DNA from: Nageia nagi
Lineage: Eukaryota > Plantae > Pinophyta
NCBI GenBank assembly: GCA_050084985.1
Contig: JBITNC010000001.1
Location: forward strand, 199,144,001 to 199,208,000
DNA length: 64,000 bases
Direction: 5' to 3'
Shown: one piece after another, positions 1 through 14,000 of the stretch
How the letters are laid out: each line of letters begins with the position of its first letter
How positions within the stretch are numbered: the first letter of the stretch is position 1
Translations under genes and position numbers: made by a program
Notes under the pieces: generated by a model
The model's database searches: none
What the model saw: only the letters and a program-made list of their open reading frames with translations
What the model was told of the DNA's origin: nothing

Positions 1-930
1 GAAATCCAATGGAGTGATTTTTGGCGCCTAGCATGAGAGGAAAAGATAATTTTTTGATAAAATTCAAGTTTAAGTGCTTGGGAACAAGGAAAAGACCATT
101 CTAAGCACATTTAATACTCAAAATTTTCAATTTTGAGCAATTTTGGGCACCCTAAAGGCTAGGCGAAGGTTTGCTAGTTTTTCCAAATCCAATGGAGTGA
201 AAATCAACACCTAGGTTGGAAAGAATTGATAAATTTTGATCAAAAGTCAAGTTTGAAGACATAAGTGCATAAAGGAGGTCATTTTGAGAAGGTTTAAACT
301 TGCAAATTTTCATTTTTGAGCAAGTTTAGAGGCTCAAATACCTAGGTGCAAGTTTGAGGCTGATTGAAGATCCATTGGGCTTAAATCTAGTGCTTAAGTT
401 GCCAAGAATTGAGAAATTTGGTCCAAAATTCATGTGTGAGCACTTCATTGCATGGAAATGCCATTTAAAACACATTTAGGTCTACAAAAAAGTGATTTTG
501 AGCTCATTTAAGGCCTCTCGAAGCTACGCGCAGGTTTTAATGTCATTGGAGAATCCATAGGAGTGAAAATCAACGCTTTAAGTTCGAGAGATAAGTGCAA
601 ATTCACTCAAAAATCAAGTTGGACCCCTTCCTTGCATGGAGAAAGACATTCCAAACACATTTAAACCTACACATTTTCAATTTTGAGCACATACAAGGCA
701 CCAAAAAGCCAAGTGCAGTTTTTCCAATTTCTCCAAATCCATACAAGTGAAAACTAGTGCCTAACTTGAGGAGGAACATCAAATTTTGGTCAAAAATAAT
801 TTTTTTTGCCTTCATTGCATGGAAAGTGGAATTCTAAGCAACTTTAAACTTTGAAATTTTTGAATTTGAGCAAGTTAAAGGGCTCAAAAATTTGAGGCAT
901 TTTTGATTCCTATGGAAATTTCACTTGTTT
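1..930 (+). repeat. ~183-bp degenerate tandem repeat, ~5 copies
   Basis: AATCCAATGGAGTGA-like motif recurs at ~3, 186, 370, 552, 736 and 906. Reverse complement of the array at 21230-22760. Confidence 0.75.
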
Positions 931-2435
931 CTACCAAATGAAATCCATAGACATGAAAATGGAAAAAATTGCCAAAACCTCAAATCTTTCATTAAACCTC
1001 CTAAAAATCTCCAAAACCTCTCAAAATTTGCCAAGTACCTTGTAATCCCATTCTCCATCCATCCATCCATATGCTCAAATTTGCTTTTTAAAATTTTTTC
1101 AAATTTCGGATCCCCCTTTATCTTTTTCGAAAAATAGACAAAAAAATTCACTTTTTCAAAAAATTCTCTTTGAATCGATTGAAAATTTGCCACAATGATC
1201 ACATCATGGGCAAATCTAGATTCAAAGAAGGAAGGAGCTCAAAAGATTATCAGAATGATCCAGAACGAGGATTTGAAGCTCCAATTTTTGCCAAATTGAT
1301 GTAAAATGCCTCAAAATGCATGCGAGGGCATCAATTTTTGTAAATATTTTATTTTTAGCATATTTTAGTGGGATGAGACTGTTCTCCCACTAAAATGATA
1401 TTGTAATCTCAGTTTAGCATTTAAATTAGCATTTTAAAGCTTTTTTAAGAATTAGGGAAACACCCTCAAATTTTGACCTAAAAAGTTTATAAATAGACCA
1501 TAGGGGGTCACATTTTGAGGTAGAATGTTGAAGTCCAAGAAATTTCCAATTTTTTTCAAACTTGGAAATTTTTGTAATTGAGGAGCAAATTGATGTACTT
1601 ATGCAAAACTCTTTTGCAAACATAATACAAAGGGCTACAAGTTGATTCAAAATGTGTTGTCATCTATGGGAGTGGTGGATTGATCTTTTTAGAATATTTT
1701 CTGTAATTTAAACATTTTTGTGTCTTCTCTTTGAAAACTCTCGAGTTTTAGGAGAATTTGTTGTAAGCTTTTCAAAAATGTTTGAATTGTCTTGAATTGT
1801 TGCTAATTCATCGCTTGCTTGTTAAATGTTTAGTAATCTAAATTGATTTTCTCTTAAGATATCTTCCTGGACCTCTTGTTTAAAACTATCCACCTTCACT
1901 CACGCTTAGTCCACTTGGTTGCATCGGTCTTGTTCACAGATTACTGACAATCAGTTCTGCTTCTCGTTCATCTTTGAAATGATTGGACAATAGTCATCCA
2001 TTTCAAAGACTTGATTGAATTGAACAAGATTTCTTGCCTTATTCGAGAGAGAGAACGTTTAGACAATGCTGCATTGTGACTACCTCTTTGAAGTTTAGCT
2101 AGTATTCGACCTCATTCTCACTTTTTCTTTTCTTTATTTTACACTTTCTTTAAACTTATGGCAACTTTCGAACTATTGTAAGATAACACACCTTAGTCCC
2201 TACAAAAAACGTGAGTTAACAGTTATTACCTCTACTACACCACTCAGTTGATTCCCAAACAAGACCTACAAATTTAAAGTTCGTACTAATGACACGAGCT
2301 TTCCGATAGAAACCTTGGGGTATCAGTCTTTACAAGAGGAGTTCAGTAATGCATTCTCACCTACATGCTGGGTCGCTTTCAGGTCTTGATCGTATGGGTG
2401 ATCGCCAAGTAAGAGGAAAAGTTTTCTTCCCAACA
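1..2435 (+). mobile_element. Giant-LTR family unit, 3' part (cut by window start)
   Basis: Ends ...GGAAAAGTTTTCTTCCCAACA, like the family ends at 17079, 55203 and 18634 (minus). TATAAATAGACC at 1488 lies ~950 bp before the end. Shares the ~183-bp repeat with 18634-36711. Abuts the PBS region of another element. Confidence 0.7.
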
Positions 2436-2461
2436 CCATCTTCATAGGCGGCAAGATCTTA

Positions 2462-2473
2462 GCTTTGATACCA
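2462..2473 (-). promoter_or_regulatory. Primer binding site, tRNA-iMet type
   Basis: Minus strand TGGTATCAAAGC, 1 nt from an LTR end (...TTTACA). Confidence 0.85.
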
Positions 2474-2474
2474 C

Positions 2475-3646
2475 TGTAAATCCCAATTTACCTTCAAAAC
2501 AGATATTAGCCAAATAAATATCAAATTATATCAAAATACAAATCCACGCATGCCACGAACTGTTTTTAGGGCATCGAACATGAATAAAAAGGAGCCAAAA
2601 AATCTAATGATACACCTCTCAAGCCAAATACCACTACTACAAGCCAACGTCTCATTTGGGAACACATATATCAAGCAAAATACACCATTAATGATCCAGG
2701 AATTATGATGTCACACCAAGAGAAGTAAAATAGCACCAAAACACATCAAAATATGAGCAACAAATGGAGATCCAATGTGCCACAACGCAATTATTGACAG
2801 AATGATGAATGTAATACAAACCAAGCCCAAAGGGCTCAATGTTGGCCTCTAAGGAGCCAACTAGGGCACACTAATTTGCAAAGATGAATACTACTATAAA
2901 TACACTATAAAACAACCAAACTCTACCAGATTTATGGATGCGACACTGAAGGCCTCCCTCACAAGATAGCTCCCAGTGAAGAGATTGAATGTAGTTTTGG
3001 AATAGCACCAGATGGATTCAAAATTGCAGACCGCTATGGACGCCTCAAGGTAGGGCAACCTCATAGCACGAACATTCACCTCAACCGCTAGTCAGAAGGT
3101 TTTCCAATCCTCTTGGACTCTCCTTGGTCTACATGCCCAAGGGTGCTTGAAGCCGCAAAGACTTGAGAAGCTCCGAATAGTAAAGGGGTTTAATTATCAA
3201 AATCAGTATATCCCTTCAATGAGGCTCCAATGCCTTATATAACACATCATTGGATTTGGATCTCACCTAGGAGTCATCCCCCAGCTCCTCTAATCCAACA
3301 TTAGCCTCTTGGAGGCCCAAGATGTTCAACATGGGTTTAGATGTCTCCCCAAGGTCGATGCAAGTTTCCATGTCCAACGTTGGGTTCTAAGTGTTTAATA
3401 TGCCATCCTTGATGTTATATGAGGCTTGGGATTCTCACAATTATTTTTAGGATCTCCAAGTGTACAATTAAATAATAATAACTCATCCTAAGCTTGGGAG
3501 GAAAACTTCTCACTTGGGGCTCACAATGTGGGTCCGATAGACCATTATATTTCTATCCCGAGTAACTAATAAATAAATAAAATATTTACAAAAGGGAACC
3601 CCTAGGATTCCAAATTTATTTGTTTTTATTCAAAGGGAATGTTACA
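2475..3646 (-). mobile_element. 5' LTR of a chromovirus-like Ty3/gypsy element
   Basis: Minus strand TGTAACATTCCC...GGGATTTACA followed by a Met PBS. Similar to solo LTR 45269-46676. Confidence 0.8.
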
Positions 3647-4470
3647 ATCCACCTCTCCTTATAGCTGCACGTCACATTTGGAGGCTAGACGTCACACCTT
3701 GGGATCTAAATCTTACCTTGCAACCATGCACACTTGGACATCTCACTTTAGGACCTACGAATTGACCTTGGGATCATGATAATTACTCCTAGATGCAATA
3801 AATGTGTTCCTATCCTTCTCAAGAAGGGAAACATCCCATATTTGGGCTCACAATTTGGTCCCTTGGACCCAAAAGCTCCTATCCTCGAGATTTTATGCCT
3901 AAGAAATAAATTTAATAATAAATCATGCTTACTCTTCTCTAGAAGGACGCCTTACTAATGGAGGAATTACAATGCTAAAAAAAATCCTAAACGCCAAATC
4001 ACTCCTAATTATTACAAAATATAATGTAATATATTTTAATCATGTAATATTCAATTTTGGGACATTACATCTCTGCCTGCCCTAAGATTGCTTGCCCTCA
4101 AGCAATCTCGTATACCAAGTGCAACTCCTTTATTAGTGATTTTTTCAAATCTTCTTCCTTTGGCAAGTTCTTCAACAAATTTTGGCTCCACATCATTGTC
4201 ATCTTTCATGTCTTGCAAATGAGTATTTGACAATGATAAATGGTATGAAATCCCTTTCTTTAACCTCACAAACTCAGTATTGAATGTCTATATTATTGTC
4301 CATGGTTTTTCAAGCAATGTGATGAAGGAAGTAAGCACAAATCTCATCCCAAATATAAACTTTATCCATTCAACAGCCAAAGCTCTCATGGAATGTGCTA
4401 TCCATGCAAGGAAATATGTCCTACGCATGGGTCTCATCAAGACACCGTGTGTGGCTCCAATGACTAACAA
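3647..4470 (-). mobile_element. Truncated 3' LTR (3647-4069), PPT and decayed pol tail of an older gypsy element
   Basis: Minus strand TTGCTTGAGGGCAAGCAATCTTAGGGCAGGCAGAGA then TGTAATGTCCC at 4069, i.e. pol end, PPT, LTR start. Weak RNase H-like residues upstream. Confidence 0.6.
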
Positions 4471-4582
4471 AAACTATGAAGATTATAGTGAAATGTGTCA
4501 AATTGAAAAAATACTAAAATAAAATTTTAAACAAACACAAATCTGAAATATTTTTTATTTTTATTTATTTTTTCTTCGTATA

Positions 4583-5776
4583 TGTGATGTTCCCCTTTGA
4601 TTATTGCATTTAATTCTAGAATCCAATGGATTCCCCCTTTGTACATATTTAATTATTAATTATGTTTTATTAGCTAGGACTTGGGATAGAAGTCTTAATG
4701 GATCATTGGACCCCATTGTGAGCCCCAAGTGGGACATCTCCCTCCCAAGTGTAAATTGGAGTGTTTTAATGTACTTGAAGATCTTGAAACATGATTGTGG
4801 GAATCCCAAGGTCTATTTAGCACTTAGAGGATGAATGAGCACTTAATGGCCCCAACGTTGAGATTGGGAGCACTTGTACACATGCGTCAGCCTTGTGGAG
4901 ACTTCTAGACCCCCATGTTGGCCCTGACACCCATGTTGCCCCCCTAGATGCCCACACATGCCTCCTTGACCCAGGCATGCATTCTTAGACCCACGTGGAG
5001 CATGAGGGAGGTCTAGATACCTATGTTGGGCCTGGAGTGACTCCTAGGTGCCAACGTTGGGGTTTGAGGGGACTGGGTGATGACATTGAAGTGAGATCCA
5101 AATCCAGGAAAACTTTATTAGCCCTTGGAGCCTTATTGTTGGATATAGTGATTTGATAATATTACCCATACCGTCAAGAGGACAGAAGTCTTAGCATAGC
5201 GCTAAGCAACATCCCTAGGTGCAACATCTAGGAGTGTTAGCAGGCTGAGGGATCCTATTAATCTACGACTTTGGTGTAGCACCCTAGCCCATCCAATGGT
5301 ATTCCGAGGTTGAGCTTCTACCATTCAGTTGGTCACCAGGGTTTGAAGAGGGCTCCTTCGATGGAGAGGATTCAGATTCTAAGGGAGCAACACTGTCCTA
5401 TCCTTCATTCGTTCGTCCAACAATGAGACACACATTGTGCCCTAGTTGGCTCCGTGGAGGCCAACGTCCAGCCCTTGGGGCCTCGTATTGTATCATTGAT
5501 GATTATTTATCTTGAATACAACCGTTGGGCACTTGGATCTCATATTGTTTTGTGCACTTGTCTATGTATGCAATGTTGTGGTGTATTTACTCTTTCATGC
5601 ATGTTGTAGCTAGATTTTGGCATTGTAAGGTTGTGTTTGCTTGTATCTTGAGCTCTAACCCTAACGTTGGCATATTGAGGTGTTGAATGCTTGTTTATGC
5701 CCTTCTAGGCCAGACATGGGTGTTGGTTTGAAGGACTTTGCTTATTTGTGTGAGAAATTGCATTAGGGCTTTTATA
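4583..5776 (+). mobile_element. 5' LTR (1194 bp)
   Basis: TGTGATGTTCCCC...GGCTTTTATA (CA mutated to TA) followed by PBS. Same family as 62205-63389. Confidence 0.85.
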
Positions 5777-5777
5777 G

Positions 5778-5789
5778 TGGTATCAGAGC
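5778..5789 (+). promoter_or_regulatory. Primer binding site, tRNA-iMet
   Basis: Perfect TGGTATCAGAGC. Confidence 0.9.
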
Positions 5790-5810
5790 TTGGATCTGGC
5801 CAACCTGTGA

Positions 5811-7850
5811 ATGTTACCTGCAGTTCACCGCTACTACACCAAATCCAGTATCAGAAAGGAGATGGCATCCACAAGGAAAAGCGGAAAATCACAACATGAA
5901 GAACATGAAGAGACCCCTTCTGGAGTCGCCCAAGAGGAGGATCGTCGGCCATGGATGAATGAAGTCCCTAATATGGATGATTTAATGAGCTTATCTTGGC
6001 CATCCATAGCATGATGGGAGCCATCACCACCATGTAGAAACAATTGAACACCTTCCACAAACAAGTAGGAGGTCAAGAGGTGCCGAAAAGGCACATGAGC
6101 CCCCCATGTCCTATCCTTGATTAAGGAGAAGAGCTACAGGAGGAGGATAGAGCAGAGAGGGAGCTGAGTTTGAGGAGATCCCATAGTTTTAGAGATAGAG
6201 GATCTACTCACCACAGATCCATGGGTCATCCAGAACCCACATTCTTGAGATCCCACTCACAGAGCTCTCCAAGGAACTAAACCTCTCCTAGGGAGGTTCT
6301 TAGAGGAGGACATTGGGAAATAGAGGAGCAACCCATTATTCCCAAGCCATCCAGCCCCATGTTTGCCATGAAGTCCGCAAATGAGGTAAAGAATCGGGTT
6401 CCTGGCCCACTAGAGTTGAATCAAATTTTCAAGGAGTATTCCATGTTGGATCTAGGGTTGAGGAGAGACATGAATCTCAATGGCTACTTGGAGATCCTAG
6501 GGCTGAAGGGAGTAGCTCATACAGTACGCATGCCTAGAGCAACTCGTGGGGAGACTAGAGGGACCTACAACAGAAGATTAATAAAATGGAGGTGCTACTA
6601 TATGATGGCAAGAGGATGACGACTAGGGCTTGGCTACATCAACTACAGACCTATTTCACCTTGAGCCCGAATATGGTAGTGGAGGATGCAATCCACTTTG
6701 CGTCATTACACTTTGAGGGTGATACCCTTGAATGGTGGCAACATGGAGTAATCAGCTACGTTTACTCAAATATCACCTCTTTTGATGAGTTTGCCAAGAG
6801 ATTGGTTAAGAGATTTGACAGAAAGAGGGAGAAAGATTATTTAAGAGATTTGACATCTTTGAGACAACAGGGTGCTATGGATGAATGTGTTCGTGTTTCA
6901 GAAGATTGCAGTCATGATTCACCACATTCCTGAGTAGCAATTGACATTCCTCTTCACAGAGGGATTGATGGAGCCATTATAGGGGATGGTCAAGGTATCC
7001 TCACCAAGGAGCCTTGACGATGCTATCAGTGTTGCGTATGACTTAGAGCCGACTATGAAATCCCGCAAGGGAGGACAAGTGTTTAAGGGATCGACCACTC
7101 GGAAGATACTTGCTGAGGAGGGACCTAGTAGGTGCAAACCATTTCCTCCACCTTAGATGAACCAATTGGATGCAGCTACTCAGAGGAAGTTAAGGGAGAA
7201 AGGTAAGTGCTTCTAGTGTAAGAAGACTTGGGAGCCAGGGCACCATTGCCAAAGCAAGGGGCAGGTGCATTACATTGAGGTGTTTTTTGATGAGGAGACG
7301 GACAATTCAAATTTGGATCTTGGCATGGACATGTTGGATCAAGAAGCACCCAAGGCAGAAGGCTCATTGGGGAGTATGATCACTTCACTCCATGGGGTGA
7401 AGAAGTACCTCACATTGAAGGTGGTGGGGAAAGCAGGTTGTCAGGATGTGATGGTCTTGATTGATCCTGGAGCATCCCACAACTTCATTGATGAAGGATT
7501 TGTGGAGAAGAAGAACTTAAACACCAAAGGATTTGAAGGATTTAGAGTTTCCAATGCCAAGGGGAAACTCACTTTGGTGTACCACATCGTGGAAAAGTTT
7601 GGGGTAAGACTGTAGAGTTACACAGTGAGGGAGAACTTCTATGTTTATCCTTTGAAGGGACATCCTCATCATTCTGGGCATGCAGTGGCTATTTGAGTTG
7701 GGTGACATTCACACCAACTACCATAAATTGACTATGAGTTTCAAGATTGAGGGGAAGACCCATACATTGCAGGGAATTCGAGATGGTTGTCCACAGGTGG
7801 ACAACAAATGATTGAGGTGGTTGAATGGTGTCAAAAGAAGAAGGAAGAAG
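5811..7850 (+). pseudogene. gag: Decayed gag-protease (chromovirus-like)
   Basis: Capsid-like AWLHQLQTYF...FASLHFEGDTLEWWQHG...FDEFAKRLVKRF, decayed knuckle near 7205, protease VLIDPGASHNFI. Many stops and frameshifts. Confidence 0.85.
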
Positions 7851-7860
7851 AAAATGAGGT

Positions 7861-8490
7861 CACATTGGCCATGGAGGAGTCTTGGCACGAGGTTAGGAGC
7901 AATGAAGAGCTCCCATACCCACCGTTGCACATCAGGGAGTTGGTATACCTGACGTGGAGCTTGGAGGGTCTTCTACACACCACGTTGGAGCTTGGGGAGG
8001 GTAGGTGTTGTACGTGGAGCTTGGAAGGCCTCTTTCACCTCAAGTTGGGCCTTGAGAAGGCTTGCCACTTGACATTGGACTTGAGAGAGCTTCTACCCCT
8101 CACGTGGGACATTGAGGAGACTTGGAGCTAGATTTTTTGCTTGGAGGAGCTCTTGCACCCCATGTTGGATTCAAAGAAGCTGCTACCTCTCATGTGGGAG
8201 GTTGAGGGACTTTGGTGTATAACGGTGAGCATGGAGGAGTTTGGGCACTCCACGATGGGATTGATGAGGTTTGGTTACCTAATGATTGGGTTTATGGATT
8301 GTTGGCTTCCATGTTGGGCTTGGGAAGGCTTGGATACCGGCATGGGGCATAAAGACAATTTGGCATCCCACATTGGTAGTCACGGAGGATTGGGACTCCA
8401 TGTTGGCAACTAAAATGGTTTGGGACCTCACATTGAGGTTAGGGCAGGCTTGGCCTCAACTATGGAGCAAAGGCTCCCCTTGTTTACACT
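7861..8490 (+). repeat. 30-bp degenerate minisatellite (~21 copies, 10-aa period)
   Basis: CACGTTGG-like core every 30 bp (7861, 7921, 7951, 7981, 8011, 8041, 8071, 8101...). Confidence 0.75.
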
Positions 8491-8690
8491 CACATATGAT
8501 TTACTTGAGGTTTTTGCAGGTACATTCTCCAGGAGGCTTTCATCTGCATGCATCCCTATGCTTTTCGAGGAAAACAATTTGGTGTTGGACAAGAAGTGAC
8601 AACAACAACATATCAGAATTTTTGCATGCATTGTTGATACATGAGGATACAACTTTAGCATTTTACATAGGACCTTCATCATGGAGGGAA

Positions 8691-9828
8691 TGTGATGTCC
8701 CCCTTGTGCCTTGGTCAACTTTAGTGGACTCTTGAGAATTCAATTGTAATATAGGTTCATTTTATGTATCATTCCTTCATGTTGTAACCCAGGATAGGAG
8801 ACTTATTGGGTCAATGGATCCCACCGTGAGCCCCAAGTGCGACGTCTCCCTCTTGTGGATTAGTTAAGAGTATTTGTTAGTATAGAAGGCCCCCAAGCAT
8901 GCGCTAGATTAAGAGTGGCCCCACTTCCTCCTCATTTGACTCAGCAACAGTAGGAGAGCCCACATCAGCCTTCCTTAGCTTATGAGCATGCGTGGCACCC
9001 CTAGTGGACATACGTTAGCCATTTGAGCATTCAAAGACCCCATGTGGCATGATTGGGCACTTGGGCACCCACGTTGGGCATCATGGGCCCTCCAGTTGGT
9101 CAACGTTGGAAAAGGAGGATGAGTTGGTGATTTCGAGGCAGGGTCACAATAGGAGATTATAAAAAGGCACAAGGAGCTTAGTATGGGATACATTGATGAT
9201 TATTATTTCTTCTACTTGTCTTCCAGACAACAAGTCTTAGCCAGAGCTGAGGAATTCTTCCTAGACGGAGCATCTAGAGGGTGATTGGGCTGAGGGATCC
9301 CTATTATCTTTGGCTTGGTGGAGCATCAAGTCCATCCGGTGGCATCCGAAGATTTTGTTCCTACCATTTGGTTGGTTGTCTAGTATTCGACGAGAGTCCC
9401 TTCAATGGGAAGGAGTCGAAGGCTGAGGGAGCAAATCTATCCCATTGTGCCGATTTGTAATCCAGATTATTGTTGTGTTCAAATTGGATTGTATGCTTGT
9501 AAATTCTCCATATTTGATGATACAGTTCAAAGGATTCCTGAATATCATAATTGTGTCATGATTGCTTGTTTAATGCATGCATTGAATACTTGTACTTTCC
9601 ATGCTTTATTATTCTTGTGGTGGATAGGTAGTATTTAATTAATTGCATATTGTATCTTGAGGCTCAATGTTGGCTTACTAGCATTGTTGTGGTAATTGGT
9701 GGAGGCATTAACCCGAATGTTGGCTATCTAAGGGTTTGATTGGGTTTAGGGGACATAGCAGACTTGCCGTCCACTTTGCTTGATTAGAAAGAGGTGCTTT
9801 GGCACAAGCGTTCATTTGGAACATTACA
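8691..9828 (+). mobile_element. 5' LTR of a second chromovirus-like element
   Basis: TGTGATGTCCCC...GGAACATTACA followed by PBS TGGTATCAAAGC at 9831-9842. Confidence 0.8.
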
Positions 9829-9865
9829 AATGGTATCAAAGCCTATATTTGGGCAGCCTGAGGGA

Positions 9866-11055
9866 ATGAAGGCCAGATCCACCATAAGAGTTAAGAAGTT
9901 AGAATATGGCCCGAGGGTTTTTCACCATTTGCTTCGAAGATTTGAAGAAGAGGAGATCCCTGCGGAGGAAAGTGAGAAGCTATTATGGTTTTTGGAAGAT
10001 CGGCATGAAGAAAGGAGGCGGCGAAAGAAGGGTGAGGAATGGCTTGTATGGTCGGCGCTGCCACACAAGATTCTTCCTAGGGTTGAGATCTTGCTACAAA
10101 TCTACCATAGGACAACCATGGAGTTCCAGAGAGATGTTTCCTTCCACACATACCAAGATCTGCTAGGGTATGGAGCAGTTGCCTAGAGGAAAGCTAGCAC
10201 GGAAGAATCAAAGCCGAAGCAAACCCTAATGATGAGATCTGACGAGGTGGTTGAGGAGAATACGACTTTGAAACAAAAGAAGAGATCTGAACAAAAATTA
10301 ACCCTCCGAGCTAGGATCTCCAACGGCAGATTAGAGGCCATGACTGAGGTGGTTTCAGCAGGACGTATGGACGCCATCCTCCAAAAGAAAGACTTGGAGT
10401 GGGTCAGCATTTTCACATTGGCAAAGGGGAGCTCAACGTTGCATGAAGGGATAGATGGAGAGTTGCCGTTTGAAAGTCAAGGGATTCAGGAGTGGTATCT
10501 TGATGTATTCGATGATTTTCCTAAGTGATTGCCTCCGTCCAGAGGATTTGAACATGCGGTGGAGTTAGAAGAAGGATGCAAACCGGTTATGGTGACACCG
10601 TATAGGCATCCTAGAGTATATAAGGACGAAATCGAAAAGACTATCAAGGAGCTGCTTGATATGGGATTTATCTGACCTAGTTCCAGCCCGTTTGCATCAT
10701 TAGTGGTACTTGTCAAGAAAAAGAATGGGACAATGAGGATGGGCATTGATTATAGGTTACTCAAAAGGAAAACCATCAAGAATCGATATCCAATCCTAAG
10801 AGTGGATGACCTCATTGATGAACTAGATATGGCAAGGTACTTCTCAAAGATTGATCTTAGATCGGGATTTCATCAGATCCGGATGAGGGAGGAAGACGTC
10901 CACAAGACGGCCTTCAGGTGCCACTACAATCATTTCGAATTCATGGTAATGCGATTCGGATTGACCAATACCCCCACCTCTTTCCAATCAGCCATGAATT
11001 AGATTTTCAAGGAGCAGCTGCGGAAGTTTGTGTTGGTATTCTTTGATGATATAAT
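9866..11055 (+). pseudogene. pol: Gag N-terminus fused in frame to reverse transcriptase (no capsid, knuckle or protease), truncated at FFDDI
   Basis: ORFs 9794, 10229 and 10703 share one frame with 4 internal stops. RT motifs LPPSRGFEHAVEL, PSSSPFAS, LVKKKNGTMRMGIDYR, SKIDLRSGFHQIRM, FGLTNTP, LVFFDDI. Confidence 0.85.
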
Positions 11056-11059
11056 GTGG

Positions 11060-14000
11060 AAGTTTTGCTCCACCGAAAGTGGGAGAAACAGGAAAATGAG
11101 CAAAAGGACAGCCAATGAGAATGCTCCAAGTTTCCTAAAATTCCAAAAGTGTCAAAATGAAAATCTAAGAGTGAGGTAGGTTGGCAAATAAAAAATTAAG
11201 CACCTTTCGTCTTGGAATTTTCAAAATTGAGCAATTTTTGCCCCTCCTAAAGTTAGGCGCTGGTTTTGGGTGTTTTCCCTTAACTTCTCAAAATTGGAAA
11301 ATGGCCTAAAAGCCTCAAAACCTGCACCTACCCTTCTTGTGCTCCAAATTTGAAAAAAATTTAAAATTTTGACCTTGATGGGGTGTAGGATGGGATTCCA
11401 CACAAGATTGGTGATTTGAGTTGTCCAAAAAAATGAGATCTACTTCCTCAAATCATCGAAATTCGATTGGCCAATGAGAGAGCTTTAAATTTTCTCAAAT
11501 TTTCCAAAATTGGTCAAATAAAAAAAGGAGAGTGAGGTAGGGTGCAAAATGCAATGGGGATCAACATTGCCTCTTGCAATGTTGCAAAAAAATCAATTTT
11601 ACCCCCTTAGAAAGCTAGGTGACAGTTTTGGCTTGTTTCCCCCATTTTCAAGTTTTTCAGAAACATGCCAAGAGTCCTAAAACCTATGCCTAGAATGCAA
11701 GCCTCCTTTTTTGCTCAAAATTCAAAGTTTTTGATCTTGGGAGCATGGGAAATCCTATTTTGCACATCATTCATGTTTTCAGTTTTTTTAAAAAAAGTGG
11801 ATCTACTCCCTCAAAATCCCAAAATTTGGATCAGCCAATTGGAGAGCTTCAAAATTTTTCAAATTTCTAAAAAAATTTTAAAATCAAAATTGGAAAGAAA
11901 GGTAGGTTGCAAAGCCAAATGAGAGCATCTTTGCCTCTTGCAAATTTGCTCAAATACCAATTTTTGACCCCCTTAAAGGTAGGTGCTGGTTTTGCAAGAC
12001 TTACCCATTTTTTCCATTTTTTAAAACTTGCCAAACATCCCAAAACCTGCGCCTAGCTTTCCTGGTCCCTAAAAGTGCCCAAAATTGCAATTTTATGCTC
12101 CTATGAGGTAGGTGGTGTGATTCTACACCCTTTTGACCTATCATTTGTGCATTTTGGTTCACACAAACTCCCAAAAACCATCTTTTTGCATTCAAAAAGA
12201 ATTCAATGGCTGAGAAAACTCAAAATTTTTTTGATTTTTTTTCAAAAATCCCAAAATTCAAAATCCAAATCTGAAACATGGAGGATGAAGAGCAATCAAA
12301 AGCCATCATCTTTGCTTCCAAGACCCCCGACATTGCTACAAAACTTCCCCTTCCACCCTTAGGTGCAGGTTTTGGCAGTTTTCCCATGTTTTCCAACATT
12401 GACAAGGAGGAGGATGAGTCCAAAATGCAAGCCAAAAAAAATTGCAAATTACAACACTTTTCGATGATGGCACACTTAGAGTGAAAAATGCCAAAAAAAA
12501 TCTAAATTTTTCAAAAACCCCTCTTTGCTTGCCTAGAAAGTGCCATAAGCTTCCTAGGACTCTTCTAACTCTTGTTGGTCTCTTACATCAAAGATAGGAA
12601 GCAAAAAAGGCTGACCATGGATAGTCTCATCATGCTTGAACACACTACAGAGCCAGTGATACCTGTCGCAAGAATCATTGACCAGTTGAGTGAGATCGGG
12701 GACACAGATTGTAACTCCCTCAATCCAATAAAAACTCTAATGAAAATACAAGCATTGAATCCGGCTTCGCTAGTAAAGGACACTTTGAAAACCTCCTCAC
12801 CAGTAACAGCTTCTATGGCGCCATTCGCCACCCCCTTCCCTAAGCTATGTTACGAGCTAGGAAAGCATTGTGACATCAGAAAGCGAAGAGTCCTCGACAG
12901 AAGGAATGAGGTAATCATGGACTTCTCTGAGGAAGGAATAGAGAGCATGTTCACTTGGAAAAGCAATGGCTTATCATACAACATATAGGATTCCTTGAGG
13001 TTCTACAAAAGTCTGAAACCTCCAGCTGACTTGATCAAAGATTGGTTGGCCGATGACCGTACGCATCTCACAAGGAGAGCCTTCAGAGGAGAGTTTTATC
13101 AAGTAGTCTCTAGACTAATATCTATGCTTTCCAGAGTGATCGGACAAAAAGATGACACCAAATTCCGGCCAGAATTTGCAGGGTTCATAGAGCTGATCAG
13201 CAGTGGTAAAGGCATAAGGTGGAGCAAAGTGATTAGTGATTGCCTGGCTCAACAACTGAAAAATACCCAAGGGAGCAAGAAATTCTATATAAACTCCTAC
13301 CTGGTTTACCTACTCCTTCACGGTAGGGAGAGGGTGACCTCAATCGCCAATACCCAATATCTTTATGACTTCATACATTCAGTGTGGAAAACTACCCATG
13401 GTTCTTTGCTCATAACAAATGGAACAATGGAAACTGGAGGATGATGACCGATGGTTTTGAAGGCAAAATTTATGAAGAGATCATAGGCAAAGCCAATGTA
13501 CTTAGAATATCCAATGAGATTGCTGTCGCTATCAAGGGACATGCGGACTTCTTTGTAGAAGACAGAGTTCACCTACCTTAGGGCTATGGCTCTAAAGAAG
13601 CCCCTTATAAGCTACCTTGTTATGCAAGTGATTGCATCATCCCATGGAATTTTCAAGACACTTGCTAAACGTTCACAACAAGGTATGGGTAAAGAAGGCA
13701 ACGACCACTTACCAATTACCTATCATCATCAGGAATTATGAATGCACCAACTAGCAACAGATTGACATGATTAAACAAGAGTTGGTGTTATATGAATTCC
13801 TGATCGAAGTAGCTACGGATCACTATGATCCCGATGGAGTGATTCATCCATTTTTCCAGAAGACATGGAGTTCATCATATCCACACCAGTCCCTTGGTAG
13901 CATTGAGAGATATAGGAAGATTCAGGACGTCTTGTAGGTTCAACGGATTCACAAGGAGCTGAAAAAAGAACAAAAACAACACGAAGCCGAAGAAGCTACC

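Noticed and set aside
8681-8700. LTR shared by two tandem elements (PPT before, PBS after)
   Set aside because: GGAGGGAA is short and may be decayed RNase H sequence (TFIME...). This LTR differs from 4583-5776, whose better partner is 18268-37468. A nested insertion is simpler.
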